IMG/VR virus record: IMGVR_UViG_2061766007_001346
Coordinates: 32,001-96,000 of that record
Source of the DNA: a virus
Lineage: Duplodnaviria > Caudoviricetes
Direction: 5' to 3' (one strand)
DNA length: 64,000 nucleotides
The notes under the pieces are model-generated. The model searched no databases and was not told the origin of the DNA. It saw only the letters and a program-made list of their open reading frames with translations. The stretch's first letter is position 1; each line of letters opens with the position of its first letter. Shown piece after piece: positions 24,487 to 38,413 of this stretch. Made by a program: the position numbers and the translations under genes.

Positions 24487-25623
24487 TTATTTCCACAAAT
24501 CAAATATATTAGGATTAGGATTTAAATCTGATTTGGGTTTATTAACAACAACGGTGTCGTTCTTTTTTGCGTACTTCTCCAACGCTTTTTTTGTCGTAGC
24601 CAATTCTTTACGAGTTTCTGCAAGTGCTTTCTTTCAGTATTGTGAAATACCCGTGATAACACTACGTCCGTTCGTACGAAGCCAAGCTAACTCAATTAAA
24701 GCTGCAGGATCTGACAAATCTTTATCAAATTGACTCCTACCGTCCTTATCTGGAGCAAGAAGGTAATTCATAATTGCCGCCTTATCTCCCTCCTCAATTT
24801 CAAGAGCGTCGCTCTCTGGATCGTCTGTATCTAAAACAACCTCAGAAAACCTATTTACTGCATCTAAAAGTGAATTCTGAAGCGCTTCATACTGCATTCG
24901 TTCTGCCTGTTGGGCAGCTTCTGCCTGACGATCTTCTTCGCCTTTATAGTATACTCGGAGAGCATCTACCTCTTTCTTGAAAAGTTCCTCATTAGTTTTT
25001 GCCGATTCAAGTTTACTGCGAACTTCGTCCTCAGTAAAATCTGGGAATTTTGCGAATAAATCGGCCATATATAATTCGTCATCAGAATAATCGTCAATTT
25101 TATATGACTTCTGATGTACAGCTTCTGGATTTTCAGCAAGATATGCTTCAATTGCCTTTTGCTGATAGGCAGCAATTAGATTTTCGAGCGTAGTATTATT
25201 CTTACGAAGAATATCGATAACCTGCTTCTCATAATCAGTGTACTGATTATTAGTTAGTTCCTGAATAACACTTAGCTGTTCCTCTTTCGACAAAGCGTTA
25301 AAATCTTGCTCTTCTATCTCTCCAGCCTCATTCTCGAACTGGAGCTTTGTGGGATCTTTGATTCCAAGAGACATTAATAAACTTTCCATGACAGAAGGTT
25401 CCGGATTTGTAGGTTCCGCATTAACTGGTTCTGTCGGCTCACTTGGAGTCTCTTCGACTTTTTCAGTTGGTTCTTCCTGTTCAGGCTCTTTATCACTAGG
25501 CTGATCTGGAAGAAGCGGCTCAATTGGTGCCGCGTTAAAGTCTACTGTTTCTTGTCCAGTGTTATCCACCGGATCATCGAGTAGGGAATCATAACTCCCT
25601 GTAAATTCGTTAGAAATATTCAT
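24487..25623 (-). CDS. Acidic putative scaffold/assembly protein, 378 aa
   Basis: Glu/Asp/Pro-rich; directly upstream of MCP; single TGA at 24634-36, then TAA 24487-89. Confidence 0.7.
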
Positions 25624-25665
25624 ACAACATTAGTCCTTTTAGTAGAGTTAAACTTAAAATCGCTG

Positions 25666-25696
25666 CAAATATACAAATAAAAAATTGGAAATCAAA
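25666..25696 (-). promoter_or_regulatory. Bacteroidota-type promoter for the capsid operon
   Basis: Minus strand TTTG-N19-TATATTTG. Confidence 0.8.
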
Positions 25697-25700
25697 ATTT

Positions 25701-26321
25701 TTACTTAATTATTTTGATAAATTTCTGTTCTTTTTGAACACAATATGGATTTTCTTGAATAACGTCCGCCTCTACAACAATTTGTTTCTTTTGAAATAGC
25801 CTGGCTAATCAGCATTTTTTGGGAGGGTCGACGGTGACCTTCTCATCGTGGAACGCCACAATTGTCGAATTCTTAAACGCATAATCTACATTTAGAATGT
25901 TTGGATATTCTGCGTGAATCGCAACCGTACTCCAATCATCCCCAACCAATGTGTCTAACAGAACACCTTTTTTAAATATTGTATCGTGAACAAAGATACT
26001 ATCTTTCTTCTGCGTTAAGGACGCTATATACTGCAATTCGGTTATTTCCTTATCTTTTATTTTCAGCTTTTTTCGAACATCGTTTAAATGTGAAACCAAA
26101 GAATCGTTAGAATGATTCAATTGCTCTACAGCGAACTGAAATTGAATTGTTTTGTCTTTTAACGAGTCTCGTTCGGATTCATAGGCCTTGTTGTTATTTG
26201 TAGCAACTAAAAGCTCGGTGTTCAATTCATGAATTTTATCGGATTGGGTTTTGACTGCCACACCCAATCCAATGAATGTGGCAATCAAAATACCAATTAT
26301 CCAAAGTTTTAATTTACTCAT
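25701..26321 (-). CDS. Membrane-anchored coiled-coil protein, spanin-like, 206 aa
   Basis: N-terminal TM helix, coiled coil, KDSIFVHDTI; extends through TGA to TAA 25701-03. Confidence 0.6.
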
Positions 26322-29300
26322 TAGAATGTACGATAGTTATGACGCGAAGTTGCCGTCGATACAGTACGAGGCGACTCGTGCGTTACAGTATTAGGATTGT
26401 ATCCATCAAATACATAGTATTCATTATTGTTGGTAGATTTACCGAAGACATTGTTGAACGCCACATATTGTCTTGATACATTGTCTCTTGTTTCATTCGG
26501 TGTCGACTTCATGTTAGACTGTGCAAATGCACCGTAAGCATTGGCGACATTATTACGTGAGAACACATTAGTTACGAGAGTCTTATCATTAGCAGAACCT
26601 TCTGCGAATCAAGCATGATAGAAGATCTGTCTTACATTCAGCGAACCGGTAAGTTTGCTAAATACTTCATATAACTGCGGATTCTTCAGGAAGGAAACAC
26701 CTTCGAATGCGTATGACAGGTTGGTAACCCTTGGCGCATATGAGAAGAATGATGGAGGAATCAAATATGCCTGTCCATTAATATTATATGAATATAGATG
26801 CGTACATCAAGCGAACATTTCCTGTATGGAAGTTGTATTTGGAACCGGTTTAAGCATATATGGACAAATTCTACCCTTCAGACCATAAGGACCGGATAAG
26901 TGTGACGAGTAACTCAACGTACCGTTTGTATCATGACCAGCGCCCGTGAACATATATGCGACCGATGCGTTACTAGTGCACCATCTAAGTAGATCTGGAG
27001 GAGCGCAGAAGTTAAGCACAGGTGTTGCGTTACTGTCAAACAGAGGATGCCAACTTGCAAATACATCATCTTCTTCGGTAAACTCATCGAGCGATAGGTA
27101 TGAATTTCCAGTTTCATCGATGTAATTACAACCATCGAATTCCCACATATAGGTCTTATCGTTCTCATCCTTATTAGCTCTGGTTCATACACCGCCACTG
27201 ACAAGGTATTCATATGGACAATAGGTTGGATTGTTTTCCACAGTAGGTTCGAGACATACATATGGATCACAGTTAACTCCGGCGAAGCATCCTGTTAAGT
27301 CGGTAATCGTGTTCTTAGGCAGACTAATGTCGTAGCTTACAGATGTGACGGTTCATGTGTCGTCAACATATTCTGTTGTACTGGAAACTGTTACCCAATC
27401 ATTATTCTGCCAATACTGCACCTCTCTTGTTATTTCGGACAACGGCGTGTATGTAAGTACATCGTCTTCCAAAGAACAGTAAGTGTAGGAATCGCGGTAT
27501 TGAACATTTACCGTCTCTCCATCAACAACTTCCGTACCAGCAGCAGAAGTAAGCACGAGATAGTTTCCTATAACGCTCTGACTATCAAACGTAACCGTCT
27601 TTGTTCTTGAGGTCTCGGTTGTACCACGTAATGTGCGAGTAGATGTAGTAAAACCAAGATTGAACAGACGTCTGGGAATCTCGCCGATAAGTTGGCTGTT
27701 ATCCGAAGCAAAACAGTATCTCGCCTGTTTCAGCTTCGTTCCAACAAAACCGTCGGAAGTCAACTGATAAGGATTGTTGAAATTGTAGAAACAGTGCTCT
27801 ACATTTTCAAGACTCGAACAGCCCGTGAACAATGTTCCTGGTAACTCAACCGTTCCAACTGGATTTTCGAACGAAGCGTTCTTAAAGAATCCCGTAAACA
27901 TCACAAGTTTTCTTGCAGCACCACTATTACGAATAATATCGTACGGGAACGCATTACCCTGGATGACTTTTACGATACCACTTCCGCTAAATGCCGTATT
28001 CGTAGCAGAACCGACATTGGAACCAGAAGCAATATATCCAACTCTTGTTAGATTGCTGAATCCGAAGAATGTTTGATCGTCAATCGGCATGGTTACTGTC
28101 GAATTGCTTGAACTCGATACTCTAAAGCTATGATATATATTTATAACCTTAGACTTATTCTCGAACAAGTTTTGAACATTAAGGGTTCCCTTTCCATTAG
28201 TACTGATAAAGCAACCTCTCACGGTAGTAACAGTCGCGGGAATCTTACTGAACGTATCGTAATCAATTATCGCAGTATTATAAAACAAAGAATCCATCGT
28301 TCCAGTTAGACCAGGAATATACCTGAAGAAATTTGATATATTACCCGAACCAAATAAATAATCCGAAGGTGTAGTAAGTCTTGCATAAGTGCTTGCTGTA
28401 TCCAAAGTGTTGACATTTGCTACAATCAATACCGGAGAGAAATATGCAATTGTGGTTGCTGGAAGATTACTACCATTCAGTCCTTCAAACGCACGTCTAT
28501 CACTAATATATCTTGAACTATAGAATATTGTACCATAATTCTTACAGCTTGCCAGCGGACTAAATAGTCCTTGGTGTGACGAGCACATGGTAAATATTCT
28601 GAAGTTATTGCTTCCAGTAGAATAGAACATGGAATTAACCGTAGTAACTCTTCCGCACTTGTTAAACATCGTTCAATGTGGCGAATTATCTACCGTTTCG
28701 GTACAAGTAAACTCAACGTTCTTACAATGTCTGAACATATCAGCCAAACCAGTAGCATTACCAATGTTCCAGAGAATGTAGTAAACGTCGAAGTTCGTGC
28801 AACTTGTAGACTCAAAGGAACTTGTGGCAGTTGTATTCTGGAACGTCATGTTCGTTACTTCGTCACCGGGCACGTAAGCTTCGAAATGAATTGCTTCGTT
28901 GGAACTAACATCGTCCGTAAAGTGCTTAATATAGTCTCCATCCATTGCAGACTCTCCATTAAATGTAGCTTCGCTCAATGGACTGCCCAATATCGAGAAC
29001 TGCGAACATCCGCTAAATGCAGAAGAGCAATTGATTCGAACATTACCATAAACACGTTTTAATGATGTACATCCACTGAAGGAAGAATTTATAATAATAG
29101 GTTCGTCCTCAATATTATCAAACTGCACATATTCGACACTAACGTTGGAACCTAAACTCAAACTTTCAAGAGCTGTGCAACCCTTTAAATTAAGAGTGTC
29201 TGTGATTATACTTCCAGAAGGAGTGATCCATGTGATAGATTTTATTCTGGAGGCACTTAAATTAAGCACTCTCAGTGTGTCTCTACACTCAATAGGAAGA

Positions 29301-32300
29301 TATACCGTACCGAAGTAGCAATCACTTAAATCAAGTTCTTCCAGTTGTGTAGCACCAGCCAGCGAAATCTGTGCGCTCGTACCATAACAACCGTTAATCT
29401 TCACGGATGTCAGATTCGGAGTATCGGAAACGTTCAGAATTAAATTATTCTTAGATTTATTACAGTCGATTTCAATTTCCGTTAACGCAGGACATTCACT
29501 GACGGTGACATTTTGCAGTGATGCCATATTCATTAATGACAGTTTACGATATACAGAGCACTGATTAAGCACCAACGTGTTCAAAGCACTACATCCTGTA
29601 AAGTCAACATTATCAATAATAGACTGTCCTCTAAGTTCTACGTTACGGACCGCAGATCCTGCAACATTCAGTGTAAACAGAGAAACTCCGTCCGGAAGAC
29701 TGACGCTCGTAACACAAGAGTTAGTAATATCGATATCCGTTAGGTTTTCGAACGGGTTCGCATAAATCATATCCGAAACGGCGGTTAAACTCAACGGGAA
29801 TGATGTTACATTAGGTGACTTAGTGTTACTCAGATTAATTGATTTCAGCGAATATGGCTTAGTGGCGTCTCCTTCGTTCCAAGTCTTAAACAGTTTGATA
29901 AAGTCAATACCGTCGTTATTGAATGAAGTGTTGCCACTCATATCAAAGTTCGTAAAGCTACTTAACGCACCATATTGCGAAGTATCAATATTACCATCAC
30001 CAGCACCAATCTGGCTAGGAGCTATTGCTCTAATCTGAAGGTCTTTCAGATTGTCGATATCAAGTATGCAGTCGGCATTATTGATTGTAGTCTGAATATT
30101 CTTGTTATTACCGCTATTGGCAACTCGTACATTAACAGGTGTGTTGGTCGGCAGATAGTAGTAATTTATGGTATCCTGCCCAATACTACTGGAAACGATA
30201 ATCGGGCAGTTCGACACAAACGGAATTCTTTCTGCACCAGAATTGTGAGTGAAAATTACCTTCTTATTATAAGAAGCGTCCTTAATCGTAGTAATATTCG
30301 TCAGATACGCATTATTACCGTTTCTCTGCTTGTATCCAAATATAGAATCGAGGAACTTAATGCGTTTATTTAACCAGTCTCTTACGAACGCCTTTCTATC
30401 ACCATGCATAAAGTTTTTCTGCGTGGTATTTACATACTTGACCGTAAAGTCCTGATTATAAATAAGTTCACCAATTCCCTCAGTCTGCATGCCAAAGAAA
30501 TCATCCATAAACGAGTCGACGCTCGGAATTAATTTCTCACGAATTTCGTTCCACATTTGGGCATATAAGGAATTATAGGAGGAGTCACCAGATAAGTCAT
30601 CATACTGACGTTTGAATTCTGTAGAATCGAGGATACCTCATAATTTAGCATCCTTAACAGTATATATATTATCAGACGTTTCATCTCCGGCTACAAATCC
30701 GTTCACAAGAACATCGTCGATGTTATACAATGTTTCGTCAAATACATCGGGTTTGACAGTCTCATAACCGGCGTTATCGATACCGAACGCTGTATCCATA
30801 TCGTAGAAGGAAGTAAATCATTTAGATACGTAACTTCCTAATCCTCTACGCCATGTTCGCATATTAAGGTTCTTACCGAGGTTATCAACAAGTCCTGCGA
30901 GCAAGCAAACAATATAATAGAATCTTGCGTTCTTGATATTGAACTTAATAGATTGCGCACCACCGTCGCCAACACGGCCCATCTGTTTAGGCTCGGCACC
31001 ATCTGGAATGAAGAAGCCGCGAGCGGCACTCCAGTCATATTCCTTGAACGAGGTACCGATGTTGAGGTTTAGATTGCCCTTAGCGTACGGGTGTAACACA
31101 AGTTCTCGGAATAGTTCCTGGAAACCAGCAATTGGTGCACCACCAGGATATTTATTATTCCAGAAGTGTCGGATATGTCCTTCAAGACTAGATCAGAAAT
31201 ATCCAGTTGGTCTAACCGGCATTTCTTGTTCCATTTCGGAAGTAGGTTCGTAATCAATAGGCTTGGTGTCGCAGTTCAAAGAGTCGGCACCTTCCCAAGA
31301 CTCCGCGTTCATATCAATGACATCCGTGGATTCTACAGGAGCACCTAATAGCATTGGAGCAGAACTACTGTCACCAAGAACGTCGCCACTTATGTTTCTA
31401 AACTTATTAAGAATCTTAAAACCTAAGTTGAAGTATGCCGAACGTCCAAGGTTGAATGAATAGATACCAAGGGAACGCACATCGGTTGTTACGGCAGAAT
31501 AGAATCTGCAGATTAACAATACCGGGAATCCTTCCAATGTATGCTTAATAGACGCATTACAAGTGCTTGGAATTATAAAGTTATTTGAAGACTTATTAGC
31601 GTCATAGTATTCCATTGCGGGCGTAGGATCGACTATACCGACTTCTGCGCACTTATTAATAAATCTACCAATACAAGCGTTATTAGCGTGTGCAGAGTCA
31701 ACAACATCAGCCTTTAAGGTATATACCCTCTCTGGGAACCAATCACTCTTAGCCCAGAACAGTCTGTTTTCTCCAAAGTCAATATCAATGTTCTTAATGG
31801 TGTATCCTGTAGTAGTCGTACCCTGAATTTCAACAGTACATGTCGTACCAGCAGGAAGGACGTTTACGCCATCAACGAAATAGTAGATTGCTACATTTTC
31901 AGCAGGAGGGATCTTGCCACTTGCGGACATAACCTGCGTGAAGTTATCTCATGTCCAGTTTGTAGATGTACTGAAGTCAAGAACCACGACAGGTATCTTT
32001 GCAGCATCAGCCAAGTTAGACGACAGCGAGATTGTATTATTGGAAATATTAATCCACTGTTTGTCATTAAATCCACCGTTATTTCATAGTGCACAACTAA
32101 ATTTTTCTGTAGAAGAATCGTAAACAATAAGGTTGGAACGCATCTTCTCTTCGATGATATCGTAATTAAGCTCGTTGTTATTCTCGCCAGTAAGATTATA
32201 TCTTGCGAGGTTATTAATCCATCTGCAGGTAATCTGATAAGGGTTCAGACAAGTATTCCATAACGCTATGGACTGTAGATTAAAGTTTGTGTAATTCTCT

Positions 32301-34249
32301 TGATTTTCATCACAACCAAGGAAAATCTGATTAAAATTCCTGAAAGCATATATATAAGAGTCCTGAGTTTCTACTGTCTGAAGCAGTACGCCGTTCTGAT
32401 AGACTTTGACGAACACAGAAGTTCCATTATTTGTAGTCTTAATGACCTCGCCAAATACAATATCGATTTGCTGGAATATAGAATCTTGTAATTTACCAGT
32501 GATTCGAGATGAAGAGCCACCCAACTGTATATAGTAATCATGATTATTGATAAGAATACCAGTACCAGTTGCTACACCGCCATTTTCATAACTCTCAGGA
32601 ACATAGTTACCTAATTTAAGTATTGTACGATTATCATCCGGTGTAAAGTCATTATAGTACGAAATGGACAGCGTAAACTGTGGTCTTTGTGCCGAAATCA
32701 AACCATTAGATGTTGATTCGGGGAACCATTTCTGCGATACACCATTTAACACGGAAGGTTGAATGATACCGTGAGCCTTATTGGAAAATCTACAGTGCGA
32801 AGACGTAATGACAGATTTACCACCCATGTTGAACATTTCCAGTTCGGTAGTTACTGTACGAACGGCATTGTTATATAGGAACGAATCGTTCGTAGATACC
32901 CAAGAGTTTATTGTAGCGTTAGAGCCAAACACATAGAAATCGAAGATATTGTTATAATCTGCATCGACAGGAAGTGTTTCTCCGGCACCGGAGGACACAA
33001 AGATATAAGTATCAAGAGAGCCTGTTTTAGAAGGATTATTGACGTCTGTTACAGAAGTTGTAATTCTATAATACGCATTTCTTCTAAATCAAGAAACACT
33101 CGGAAACTCATTATACTGAACAACCGTTGTTCGTCCATATTCACCACGTCCGTCCGTAATTATCGTATAAGGTTCTCCGACATTAATTCATTCCTCTCCA
33201 CTAAGTTCGATTTCCTGAGCACCGATGTTATATCTATAGAAAGCACTACCTCCTGCGAGATATGCGATAAAGTTAGCATATAACACACTACTCCTCGAGA
33301 CTACGGCTGGATTGGATATGTCTGTAGAAAGGCTAACCTTAGCAACCGCGATATTATCAGGACTCACAATTAATATTGTAGAGTTTACCTGTTCAGAGTG
33401 TAGCACACTATCCGAAGCATTAACAAGTATGAAATACAGATCGAACGTCTGTCCTGTGGCAATAGTTTGTACGTTATGTAATAGTTCTGTATAAGGAATC
33501 GTATAATCCAACATACTTGTTGTCGGAATATTTAATTCCACAACACCTTCCGCTAAGGATAAATTCTTATACAGGTCTTTATCACGGCTATAATATAAAT
33601 TATATATGCCAATTTCGCTAGCACTATAAGATACATTCAATCCAGAAGTTTCAAAGTCCGTTCGATTAACATTGATGGAGTTTGGAACAAGAATCTTTAC
33701 AGATAATTCTGCGATTGTGCAGTCTGCATAGATTTCGTTTCCAAATGCATCGGTGGCAATTATTCTGAGCCGGTGAATCGCATTTGAAGAATAGGCGTTA
33801 ATGTTACGAATCTGAACACTTCTTACATTAGTCGCAGAAGGCTGTAGACCAGTACCAGACCAAATCTGCGTACCGTCAAGCAAGACGGTAACGGTAAATC
33901 TGGTAGATGTTTTCGATGATAGTAACCTGTAATCTACTGATTTGGAATTCTCTGTCCATAATATAGATGTTACAACATCACCGTTGTTTATAAATTCGAT
34001 TGAATTTTCTACTTCGGAACTTCCACCGCCGCCACCGGAGCCACCACCTCCGTGCAATGCTAGTCATGCAACATTTTTCTTAAGCAGTTCGATATCTTCT
34101 TTGTTACGAACAAGTGCTTGATCCACAGTTACATATTGTTCCGAATTCTCTAAAAGTAAAGGATTTATAGAATAAATTCCAGAGGCTGAACTAGCAGCCC
34201 AAGGGACTCATTGCCCAGTCTCTGGATTTTTCTTTTTAATTATGGCCAT
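26321..34249 (-). CDS. Giant 2642-aa protein: beta-sandwich/LamG-like region + CotH-like kinase + leucine-rich/BspA-like repeats
   Basis: Eight track ORFs in one frame, each internal break a TGA (not every linker read in full); kinase motifs GFPVLL, LGIYSF, GLVDNLGKN, (W)FTSFYDMDTAFG; LxxLxLxxC repeats. Confidence 0.8.
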
Positions 34250-34253
34250 ATAA

Positions 34254-37200
34254 TTAATCTAATGGAATTTCACAACTTGCCCAATGATAACGATATACAT
34301 TACTCATCTTTGCATCATGACCATTTGGCATATCTCTACTAATATTTCAGAAGTCTGCTTTGGAACTCGGCGTATAAAGTCCGCCAACGCGTTCCATATT
34401 TACATAGATGCGAGTAGGCGTTATTCTAAAGCGAGTATAGAATGGATACCACTGTGCAGAACCACCCAGCGGAACAAGATTACGTAGTCACTGGCAGTAA
34501 TCTGTATCTGCAGAAGTATCGGAGTTAGACAGATTCTTAAATCCTGTTGCCTGACACATTACATACGTAGGAGCTGTAACAGCATCAACAATTTCCGCAC
34601 GAACCAGAGGTCGTCCATTAGCGGAAGTGTTTGTTGATTGTGCGTCAAACGTTGTACTTCCGATAGTAACGGCTGTATTTGTCGAATTGAAGATATTACC
34701 GCGCTTATCGCTAAAGTTAGTAAGCAGATAAGAAAGTTTATCGTTTAGTCCGTGAGTAGTTTCGTTGGACGTTCTAAGCACCTGGATAATAGGATTAAAC
34801 GTATCCTTGTTTGACAGATCTCCCATTAAATCCTGAGGAGTATCAGAATAAGGAACATATGCCGTAGGAGCGTCGTAAATTGGATAGGAAATTGAGCACG
34901 TGTGCTTATGTCCACCGAAAACAAGACGGATATTCCAAATCTTAAATAGTCTCTGGAATTCGAAATTATGTCTTAGGTTGAGGTTGGCCTTTGCTTTTTC
35001 ACGCCAGATAGTACCTTCCTTAGTAGGATCGACATATTCTTCATATGTAGCTTCAGCAGTAATAGTGAATGGCATTTCATGGCAGTATACGATTGCTTTC
35101 TGGCAATTCTGAGGAGTATATCTGTCATATTCTGCGGGAACAGAACCTTGTTTCCAGATAAGAAGATCTCTAACCATCCAATCCTCAATTTGATCATAAA
35201 TAACGGAACGTCTTGCGCCGTTGGCCTGATCTTCTACACCAAATTCACCACGTAGCGTAGTAATCTTCGAAGGGTCGTCCGGCATAGTTCTAATCTCAGA
35301 GTTGAGGCTTATGAAGTGATAAGGGCCGTAGTTGAATGAATACAGCGAAGGAACCTTATACGTCTTTGTAGCACCACTGACAACAGATGTGCCTTCGAAA
35401 ATAGGAGGATTATTGTAATCCATTTCCTGAGTATAGAACAGATCTGCAACAACATGATTTACTTTATAAGGAGTTTCGGAACCATTTCCTAGTAACGTCA
35501 TTCCAAGTAATTCAGGATTAGATACGTCATTAGGATTTTCCGGAACTGGAGCAAGGTCATTATTGCCAAGCGTCAGCATTTCCTCTTTATCATCAAGATA
35601 AGAATATCCTCTATAGTAGTCAATCCATTCATTCGGACGGGAACCGTTATAGGTGATGTCGCCAGTATTGATAGTAAAGTCAAAATCGTGTTCGTTTGCA
35701 GAAGGGGTGGGATCGCCTTGTGCGACCACAGGTGTCTGTCCAACACGCTCGTTTCTATTGATATAATCTGCCGACAGATCCCATACTTGATATTCTTCCC
35801 AGTTTGCACCTTGTTGATCAGTCGTCTGAATGAAGTCAAACGATTGCACATCATTATCAGCACGAACAACAAACGTTCTGGTCTTACTCACATAATCGCT
35901 AACTTCTCCAGAAGCGTTCTTTCTGCCAACCTTGAAACTATATGTACCAGCAGTCAAACCAGCAATCATCACTTTGTGAGTTGTTATAGCAGCACCATAA
36001 TAAGTCTCCCATCTAATACGAGTGTAATATTCGGATAGGCCGAGTTTGATACATTCAGGATCAGTAGGGCGATTCAGGCCGGTTGCAGCAGTATAATCGA
36101 CACCTTCCTTATAAGATTCGACGCATGACCAATCGGCGTCTGTAGATTTCTTATACCACAGGAATTCGTCATAGTATCCAACCGAGTTCCAGTTAAAGCA
36201 TCGTGTAGCACCATTGCCACCCGAACCAGTATTATCAGTAGCCTGGATACCAAAGGAACAAGTTAGTGTATTCGGGCGATCCTCTAAGAAGTTATGCTTA
36301 TCGAAAGAAGCGTTCTTATTTTCAAAACTAGCCTTTGGAGTAAAGTCGACGATATTGTCGAATACCTCCTTAGACATATCGATATCTTTCCAAAATTTCT
36401 TGTTGTTTCGTTTATCAATTGATTTAGCGTTAGATTGAGATACCGGATCAAGAGTATAGTTTCTCTTGAATAGGGTATACGGAGTAATGCCGCTGGTAGG
36501 AACATACTTATTCTTTTCAGCTATGCTCGCTCCATTACCAACGCCTGCTAAATCAACGTAACCGCGAGCAACAGAAGGCGCGTTTTCATCAGTATTAATT
36601 AAGTCCAGTGCAGATTCCGGATAATCCTTCATAGGATTGGATGTTCCACCGGACGTATCTCTTACATAAATTTTGCCAGATTCAATATCATATCAGCACA
36701 GATAGAATGTGGCACATTGATTATTTCTATCAAATTTGATTAATTCTCCGTCAGCACGCCATTCCATATCGAATGTCTTAACCTTTATTAGAGTCGTATT
36801 AACATCCATTACGGAACATTGGGCACCACGAATTAGGAATGTAGATTGAGCTTTGCAAACACCCCATAACGGAAGTTTAAACCACCTACTGTTATCATAG
36901 GTATACATTAACTGTAAACCGTTTAGATTAATATCGTCGTAAGATATATTTGCGATTTCCACATAGTTATGAGAACACGGCTGATATGAGTGTTCGTCTG
37001 TATCCAGCCCACCTAAATAGAACGAGTTGATAATCAGGCTTCCCATTCCACTATTATTGAAGTAAATGGTGTTACTTGTTGGCTCGGCCTGTACAACATC
37101 GTTATTTGAATCGTAAACGATTAGATTTCCGTATTCATTAACACGAACAGTATATGTGGAATTTTCGTCGTTTAGTGGTACAAAACTAATCGAAGAAAGA

Positions 37201-37820
37201 TTGTTTAAATAATTTTGAAGTTCTGCAGTATCCATTTCGTCATCAGTTGGTGTGGGAGAATTCGAAGATGCCACTATGTAGAAATTACCATTATTATAAA
37301 TGTACATACATAAACGATCTGTACACCATACTAATTCTCCGTTAATAAAAAATCTTTTACTACTTTGTATCTCTTGATATGTGCCCATTTTAATAGACAC
37401 ATGATTAACCGTAGGCTCACTTTCCGAAGCGTATTCTGGAAATTCAACATCTCCGGATTCTTCATAATCATCTTCAATAATAGATGGAATTACCGCTTCG
37501 GTACTGTTGCCTAGTTCTGTCAGAGTACCGTCTGTAAGGTTACCGGAAACAACACCGTTGGTTCTTAGTAACATCAGTTTCGATACTTTCTGCTGTAATG
37601 TATATACAGCTGTCTGAATAGATCTAATAATTGTAGATTGGTCAACAGGCAAATCTCCTACATTATCCGAAGTATCAATCCACATGGACGCGTGTTCTGG
37701 AGCGGTGTCTCCAACATGCACCTCTTCCACTTTTATATCCGGAGGATTTAATATATTTTCATACTTGGTTATAGGAAATATCGCTTCACCTTTCTTTTTA
37801 AGAATTACATTTTTTGACAT
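34254..37820 (-). CDS. 1188-aa protein: lamin-tail domain + FN3/PAP N-domain + calcineurin-like metallophosphoesterase
   Basis: NYVEIAN..INLNGLQL (LTD); THKV.I.GL..GTYSFKVG (FN3); TDQQ, TGDITY, GNND, CHEMPF, GGHKH metal-binding motifs; joined via TGA; TAA 34254-56. Confidence 0.85.
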
Positions 37821-37926
37821 GCTTGTATCTATTATATTAAAAAACTTTATTGATTACTTTCCCTAAAACCAAATCTACAGCTATCGGGAATCTTACTCTC
37901 TTATGGACATAATAATACATTTGCCG

Positions 37927-37957
37927 CAAATATACAAAAAAATTATTAAATATCAAA
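37927..37957 (-). promoter_or_regulatory. Bacteroidota-type promoter for the phosphoesterase-kinase-spanin operon
   Basis: TTTG-N19-TATATTTG. Confidence 0.8.
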
Positions 37958-37988
37958 AAGAAAAGGCGAGAATTTTCATTCCCGCCTT
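37955..37988 (-). terminator. Intrinsic terminator ending the six-gene accessory operon
   Basis: AAGGCGGGAAT-GAAA-ATTCTCGCCTT then TTCTTTTT. Confidence 0.8.
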
Positions 37989-37993
37989 AACAA

Positions 37994-38413
37994 TTATAGT
38001 ATTTCTTCTCTACAGTGCTCACATAAAAATCTTTTTGCCATAGGAAACATATTAAATCCAATATCTCCTGCTAAATAAGCTAAATCTTCGCTAAACGGAT
38101 CAATCTTATCTACTCGTGCAATATGCATTGCCAAATGTAGTTTTTCATGATCATAACTATGTGCAAATTCTGCAGGACAGCTCGTTTCACCTATAACGAT
38201 TATAGATTCACGATTTTCACTATTGGAAAATGTAATACCTCTGTTATCTTTATCGGAATCTAATACTTCAATTGCAGATTCGATATCTTGTTCATCGCAT
38301 CCAATCTCAACTAATTCATCAATAATAAAATCAATGGGAATAAGATCGACGACATAAAATGCCCTAACACGTCAGTTTCATTTTTCCAACGTAAAATCCT
38401 GTCCAAGTAGCAT
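37994..38413 (-). CDS. Small zincin-like metallopeptidase (HEKLH...E), 139 aa; absent from ORF track
   Basis: ATG in TAATG overlap, two TGA near the start, SYDHEKLHL and downstream SEDLAYLAG, TAA 37994-96. Confidence 0.75.
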
